Positions 59,023 to 63,124 of a DNA stretch of 63,124 nt are shown here, piece by piece (position 1 is the stretch's first letter; each line of letters starts with the position of its first letter). Position numbers and translations under genes: made by a program. The notes under the pieces are model-generated. The model ran no database searches, was not told the DNA's origin, and worked only from the letters and a program-made list of their open reading frames with translations. Origin of the DNA: Desulfuromonadales bacterium (GTDB taxonomy: Bacteria > Desulfobacterota > Desulfuromonadia > Desulfuromonadales > SZUA-540); the NCBI GenBank assembly GCA_033549025.1, contig JAWSUS010000020.1:1-63124 (forward strand), written 5' to 3'.

Positions 59023-60330
59023 TCACTGATTCTCTTTGCGCCGATCGATAACCCGCTTGGCTTTTCCTTCGCTGCGAGCAATCGTTTTGGGTTCAACCAG
59101 GCGGACCTTACAGGTAATTCCAAGCAGATCCTTGATTTCATGACGAATGCGGTTTGAAAGATCCTGAAGGACCTTGATTTCGTCCGAGAAGGTTTGTTCG
59201 TTGACCTCAACCTGGATCTCCAGCGTATCAAGGTTCTCTTCCCGTTCAACAATTAGCTGATAGTGAGGTTCAACCCCTTCTATACTGACCAGGACGCTTT
59301 CGATCTGAGAAGGAAAGACGTTGACGCCGCGAATAATCAGCATGTCATCGGAGCGGCCACTCATACGGGCGATGCGTCTGTGAGTACGGCCACAGACGCA
59401 GGGTTCGGCAATCAGTCGGGTGATGTCCCGCGTGCGGTAACGGATCATCGGGATCCCTTCTTTAGTGATGGTGGTAACCACCAACTCACCCAGTTCGCCG
59501 TCGGGCAACACTTCACCGGTATCGGGATTGATAATTTCCGGGATGAAGTGATCCTCCCAAATGTGCAGGCCATGTTGCGCCTCATGACATTCGATGGCCA
59601 CCCCGGGACCGAGTATTTCGGACAGCCCGTAGATGTCGATCGCCTTGATATTAAGCTTGGCTTCGATCTCGCGGCGCATCTCTTCCGTCCAGGGCTCGGC
59701 CCCGAAGATCCCCACTCTAAGCTTGAGATCCTGGATATTGATGCCTTCTTCGGCGGCTGCTTCCGCCAGATAGAGGCTGTAGGACGGGGTACAGGTCAGC
59801 ACTGTTGAACCGAAGTCCTGCATGATCATGATCTGTTTGCGGGTATTGCCCCCCGACATGGGGATGACGGAGGCCCCCAGCTTTTCGGCTCCATAGTGCG
59901 CACCTAATCCGCCGGTAAAAAGGCCGTATCCATACGCATTATGAATGACATCACCCCGATGAGCCCCGGCGGCCACAAAGGAACGGGCCATTAATTCAGC
60001 CCACATCTCGATATCCCGGCGCGTATAGCCCACCACAGTTGGTTTGCCTGTTGTGCCGGAGGAGGCGTGAATGCGAACGATCTCATCCAGCGGGACGGCA
60101 AAAAGACCATAGGGATAGTTGTCCCGCATATCGCTCTTGAGGGTAAAGGGCAATCGCCGCAGATCGTCCAGCGACTTGATGTCCTCCGGCGCAACCTTGG
60201 CCTTTTTGAAGCTGTCGCGATAAAAAGGCACCGTGGCACTTACCCGCTCAAGGGTCTGCTGGAGGCGCTTGAGTTGAAGCGACCTGATCGCCTCTCGCGG
60301 GAGGGTTTCAAATTCATCATTCCATATCAT
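59023..60330 (-). CDS. paaK: Phenylacetate--CoA ligase family protein (second paralogue)
   Basis: [31 protein letters not shown]. Confidence 0.93.
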   Translation of the reverse strand: MIWNDEFETLPREAIRSLQLKRLQQTLERVSATVPFYRDSFKKAKVAPEDIKSLDDLRRLPFTLKSDMRDNYPYGLFAVPLDEIVRIHASSGTTGKPTVVGYTRRDIEMWAELMARSFVAAGAHRGDVIHNAYGYGLFTGGLGAHYGAEKLGASVIPMSGGNTRKQIMIMQDFGSTVLTCTPSYSLYLAEAAAEEGINIQDLKLRVGIFGAEPWTEEMRREIEAKLNIKAIDIYGLSEILGPGVAIECHEAQHGLHIWEDHFIPEIINPDTGEVLPDGELGELVVTTITKEGIPMIRYRTRDITRLIAEPCVCGRTHRRIARMSGRSDDMLIIRGVNVFPSQIESVLVSIEGVEPHYQLIVEREENLDTLEIQVEVNEQTFSDEIKVLQDLSNRIRHEIKDLLGITCKVRLVEPKTIARSEGKAKRVIDRRKENQ

Positions 60331-60372
60331 CGTTCCCTGCCTTTCCCTCTGCAACCTGAAGAAAAATCTTTG

Positions 60373-60954
60373 CTACTGCGCTGACCTGCCCAGTTCAAAA
60401 GCCTGGAGATTTTCCTCGATGAAACGTTCGGGCACCAGCTTTCTGATCGCCTCTTTCCACATATCTTCCGGAATGTCCAGCGATTTGGACAAGGCTCCCA
60501 GCAAAACCGTGTTGACGGTGCGGGCATTGCCGGTTTCCAGGGCCAAAGTAAGACCCTGAATTATTTTTGACTGCGGGAAGGCGCTCATGATTTTTTCCGG
60601 AATATCCTTTGGGTACGATTCCTGCCCAAGCGCAACCGCCGGAGGCAGAATCTTCAGGTCATTTACGATGGCCCGGCCCGTTTGACGCAACAGGGGAAGA
60701 TAGCGATAAGACTCCAGCAGTTCGAAGCCAAAAAGGATGTCGGCCTCCCCTTCCGGGATGATTTCCGAGTAGACTTTTTTGCCGAAACGGACATGACTGA
60801 CCACGCTGCCACCTCGCTGGGCCATACCATGCACCTCGGCTTTCTTGACATCGTAGCCGGCCATCATCAGAACTTCGCTAAGCACTTCACTGGCGAGCAG
60901 GGTTCCCTGCCCTCCCACGCCGACAAGCAGAATATTGGTCACTTTATTTGTCAT
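60373..60954 (-). CDS. iorB: Indolepyruvate:ferredoxin oxidoreductase beta subunit
   Basis: GVGGQG, EVHGMAQRGGSV, N..LLGA. Confidence 0.95.
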   Translation of the reverse strand: MTNKVTNILLVGVGGQGTLLASEVLSEVLMMAGYDVKKAEVHGMAQRGGSVVSHVRFGKKVYSEIIPEGEADILFGFELLESYRYLPLLRQTGRAIVNDLKILPPAVALGQESYPKDIPEKIMSAFPQSKIIQGLTLALETGNARTVNTVLLGALSKSLDIPEDMWKEAIRKLVPERFIEENLQAFELGRSAQ

Positions 60955-62710
60955 CACTCACTCCAAACGCTCCAAACTTGCACACCTGTTCACAGACCCC
61001 ACACCCCACGCAGATCAGGGGGTCAACCTGGGCCTTGCCTTTTTCGCCCGCCGAATCATTCCAGATGATGGCGGGGCACCCCAGTTTCAGGCAGGCCTTG
61101 CAGGCGGTGCATTTATGGATATCGACGACCAGGGGCGGTTTGCGTTTGACCACATCCCGTTTCATGAGCATGCAGGGGCGACGGGTGATGATAACGGACG
61201 GCTCAGGCCTTTCCATTTCTTCGCGGATCGTGGCACGGGTCAGGTCAAGGTCATAGGGATCGATCACCTTGACGTGCCGGACCCCGACAGACAGGCAAAG
61301 CTGCTCCAGATTGACTTCAGGAGCCGGTTCCCCCATCAGCGTATAGCCTGAAGAAGGGTTTTCCTGGCGCCCGGTCATGCCTGTTATGCGGTTGTCCAGG
61401 ATGATGACGGTCCCCTGGGACCGGTTGTAGACCATGTCGATCAAACCGTTAATACCGGTATGCAAAAAGGTGGAGTCGCCGATAACGGCCACGACTTTCT
61501 TGCGATCCTCGGGACTGAGGATTTTCCCCAGTCCTGTCGCGTTGCCGATGCTGGCCCCCATGCAGACACAGGTATCCATGGCGGACAAGGGCGGCATGAA
61601 ACCGAGCGTGTAGCACCCGATATCGCCGCTCACAAAGGCTTTAAGCCGGTTAAGGGCAAGAAAGACGCCGCGGTGAGGACAGCCGGGACACATGTTGGGG
61701 GGACGGTTCGGCAACGGTTCCTCATGTTGAAAAGCGACCGTGGCGTCCTCGCCGGTCAAACCCTTCTTTACCCGACCGGGGGTCAATTCGCCGCAAATGG
61801 GGAAAAGCTCTTTGCCCTTGACCTGGATGCCCATCGCCAGAATCTGTTCTTCCAGGAAAGGGTCGAGTTCTTCGATGACGTAAAGGGTTTTGAAACGCGC
61901 TGCGAATTCGCGAATCAGGCGTTTGGGCAGCGGATAAACCAGACCGAGTTTAAGGATGCTGGCATCAGGCAGAACCTCTTTGGCGTACTGATAGGACACA
62001 CCGGAGGTGATGACCCCCACCTCTTTGGAGCCTTCCTCGATGCTGTTAAAGGGCTGCTCGCTGGCCCATTCCTCCATATCGAGCAGTCGCTGCTCAATGA
62101 TGGGGTGACGTCGCCTGGCGTTACCCGGCAACATGACGAATTTGGGTGGATCCTTGACCAGTCCAATCTCGGGTGTTTCAGAGACGGGTTCGCCCAATTC
62201 CACGATGGACTTGGAATGGGAAATGCGGGTGGTCGTGCGCAAAAACACGGGCGTGTCGAATTTTTCACTTACCTCAAAGGCAAGGCGCGTGTAGGTGAGA
62301 GCTTCCTGACTGTCGCTCGGCTCGAACATGGGGATTTTGGCAAATTTGGCATAATTGCGGTTATCCTGTTCATTCTGAGACGAGTGCATTTCTGGATCGT
62401 CGGCAGTAACCAGGACGAGCCCGCCTCGAACCCCCGTATAGGTCAGGGTGAACAAGGGGTCGGCCGCCACATTCACCCCGACGTGCTTCATGGTGACCAG
62501 AGACCGGGCTCCACCAAAGCAGGCGCCAATGCCGACTTCAAGGGCCACCTTTTCATTGGGAGCCCAAGAGGCATCGATACCTTTGTATTGAACGATGTTT
62601 TCGAGAATTTCCGTGCTCGGTGTACCCGGATAAGCCGAGGCCACCTTGACCCCGGCCTCAAAAGCGCCACGGGCAATTGCTTCATTTCCTGAGAGAATGG
62701 CTTTTTCCAT
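60944..62710 (-). CDS. iorA: Indolepyruvate:ferredoxin oxidoreductase alpha subunit
   Basis: YPGTPSTE, CPGCPHR, GDIGCY, GDSTF.H.G, two C-terminal 4Fe-4S motifs. Confidence 0.96.
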   Translation of the reverse strand: MEKAILSGNEAIARGAFEAGVKVASAYPGTPSTEILENIVQYKGIDASWAPNEKVALEVGIGACFGGARSLVTMKHVGVNVAADPLFTLTYTGVRGGLVLVTADDPEMHSSQNEQDNRNYAKFAKIPMFEPSDSQEALTYTRLAFEVSEKFDTPVFLRTTTRISHSKSIVELGEPVSETPEIGLVKDPPKFVMLPGNARRRHPIIEQRLLDMEEWASEQPFNSIEEGSKEVGVITSGVSYQYAKEVLPDASILKLGLVYPLPKRLIREFAARFKTLYVIEELDPFLEEQILAMGIQVKGKELFPICGELTPGRVKKGLTGEDATVAFQHEEPLPNRPPNMCPGCPHRGVFLALNRLKAFVSGDIGCYTLGFMPPLSAMDTCVCMGASIGNATGLGKILSPEDRKKVVAVIGDSTFLHTGINGLIDMVYNRSQGTVIILDNRITGMTGRQENPSSGYTLMGEPAPEVNLEQLCLSVGVRHVKVIDPYDLDLTRATIREEMERPEPSVIITRRPCMLMKRDVVKRKPPLVVDIHKCTACKACLKLGCPAIIWNDSAGEKGKAQVDPLICVGCGVCEQVCKFGAFGVSDDK

Positions 62711-62784
62711 GAGGATCCTTGTTGTTTTTGAGATCAGAAAATTCGATATGGGACTTGGATTAGAAGATGCGAAAACAGCTTGAA

Positions 62785-62814
62785 ATTATAAATGAACAGC
62801 GGAAGAATTGTCAA
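62785..62814 (-). promoter_or_regulatory. sigma70 promoter of the ior-paaK operon
   Basis: Minus strand TTGACA-N18-TATAAT, both hexamers perfect. Confidence 0.8.
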
Positions 62815-62819
62815 TTTAT

Positions 62820-63124
62820 CAAAGCACACCGTAAAACCCGGTCAGTTCACGGCCGGGATATAAGGTGCCGGGCCGTTTAGGTCCGTTGGTTTTTGATGTA
62901 CTGCCTGATGATGGAGATCGGAGCGCCGCCGCAGGAAGCGGCGAAGTAGGAAGGGGACCAGAGGCCACCCTTCCAGTAGTGTCGCTCGATCTCCGGATGT
63001 TTCTTTCGCAGTAGGCGCGAAGAAACACCTTTCAAGCTGTTGACCAACTTTGAGACCGATACCGTGGGCGGATAGTTCACCAACAAGTGAACATGATCCT
63101 TTTCCCCGTCCGTTTCCATGAGTT
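62820..63124. mobile_element. IS200/IS605 family element, left end (runs out of the window)
   Basis: TTAT target (62816-62819), then CAAAGCACACCGTAAAA and the subterminal hairpin CCCGGTCAGTTCACGGCCGGG; tnpA points toward this end. Confidence 0.85.
62877..63124 (-). CDS. tnpA: IS200/IS605 Y1 transposase TnpA (C-terminal part; 5' end outside the window)
   Basis: DHVHLLV (HUH), LVNSLKGVSSR, WSPSYF, YIKNQ. Confidence 0.95.
   Translation of the reverse strand, partial: LMETDGEKDHVHLLVNYPPTVSVSKLVNSLKGVSSRLLRKKHPEIERHYWKGGLWSPSYFAASCGGAPISIIRQYIKNQRT

Noticed and set aside
57193..62710. Two paaK paralogues with ACT and iorAB as a novel system
   Set aside because: This arrangement is a familiar aryl-acid/aromatic amino acid cluster in anaerobes.

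Overview
GC-rich bacterial chromosome segment whose gene content and order (gltX, MCE operon, decaheme porin-cytochrome pair, pyrR-pyrBC-carAB-greA, iorAB-paaK-ACT-paaK) suggest a Desulfuromonadales/Geobacter-like deltaproteobacterium (inference). It has about 50 CDS, five tRNA genes (Cys, Gln, Glu, Gly, Pro), a PyrR attenuator and the left end of an IS200/IS605 element. The window appears to span the replication terminus: a dif site lies at 53258-53285, and gene orientation and KOPS polarity flip around it. Two highlights. (1) A 1216-bp element sits between dif and a second dif-like site with a degenerate XerD arm. It carries hairpins, short direct repeats, an IHF box, a CopG/RHH gene and an unknown 169-aa gene, but no integrase or recognisable Rep, which fits a minimal Xer-exploiting satellite element. 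(2) An uncharacterised cluster of a GNAT-HDAC fusion, two non-canonical ATP-grasp ligases, a GNAT and a KamA-type aminomutase. Its ligase operon is preceded by an Arg-codon-rich 17-aa uORF and a helix that hides the ribosome-binding site.
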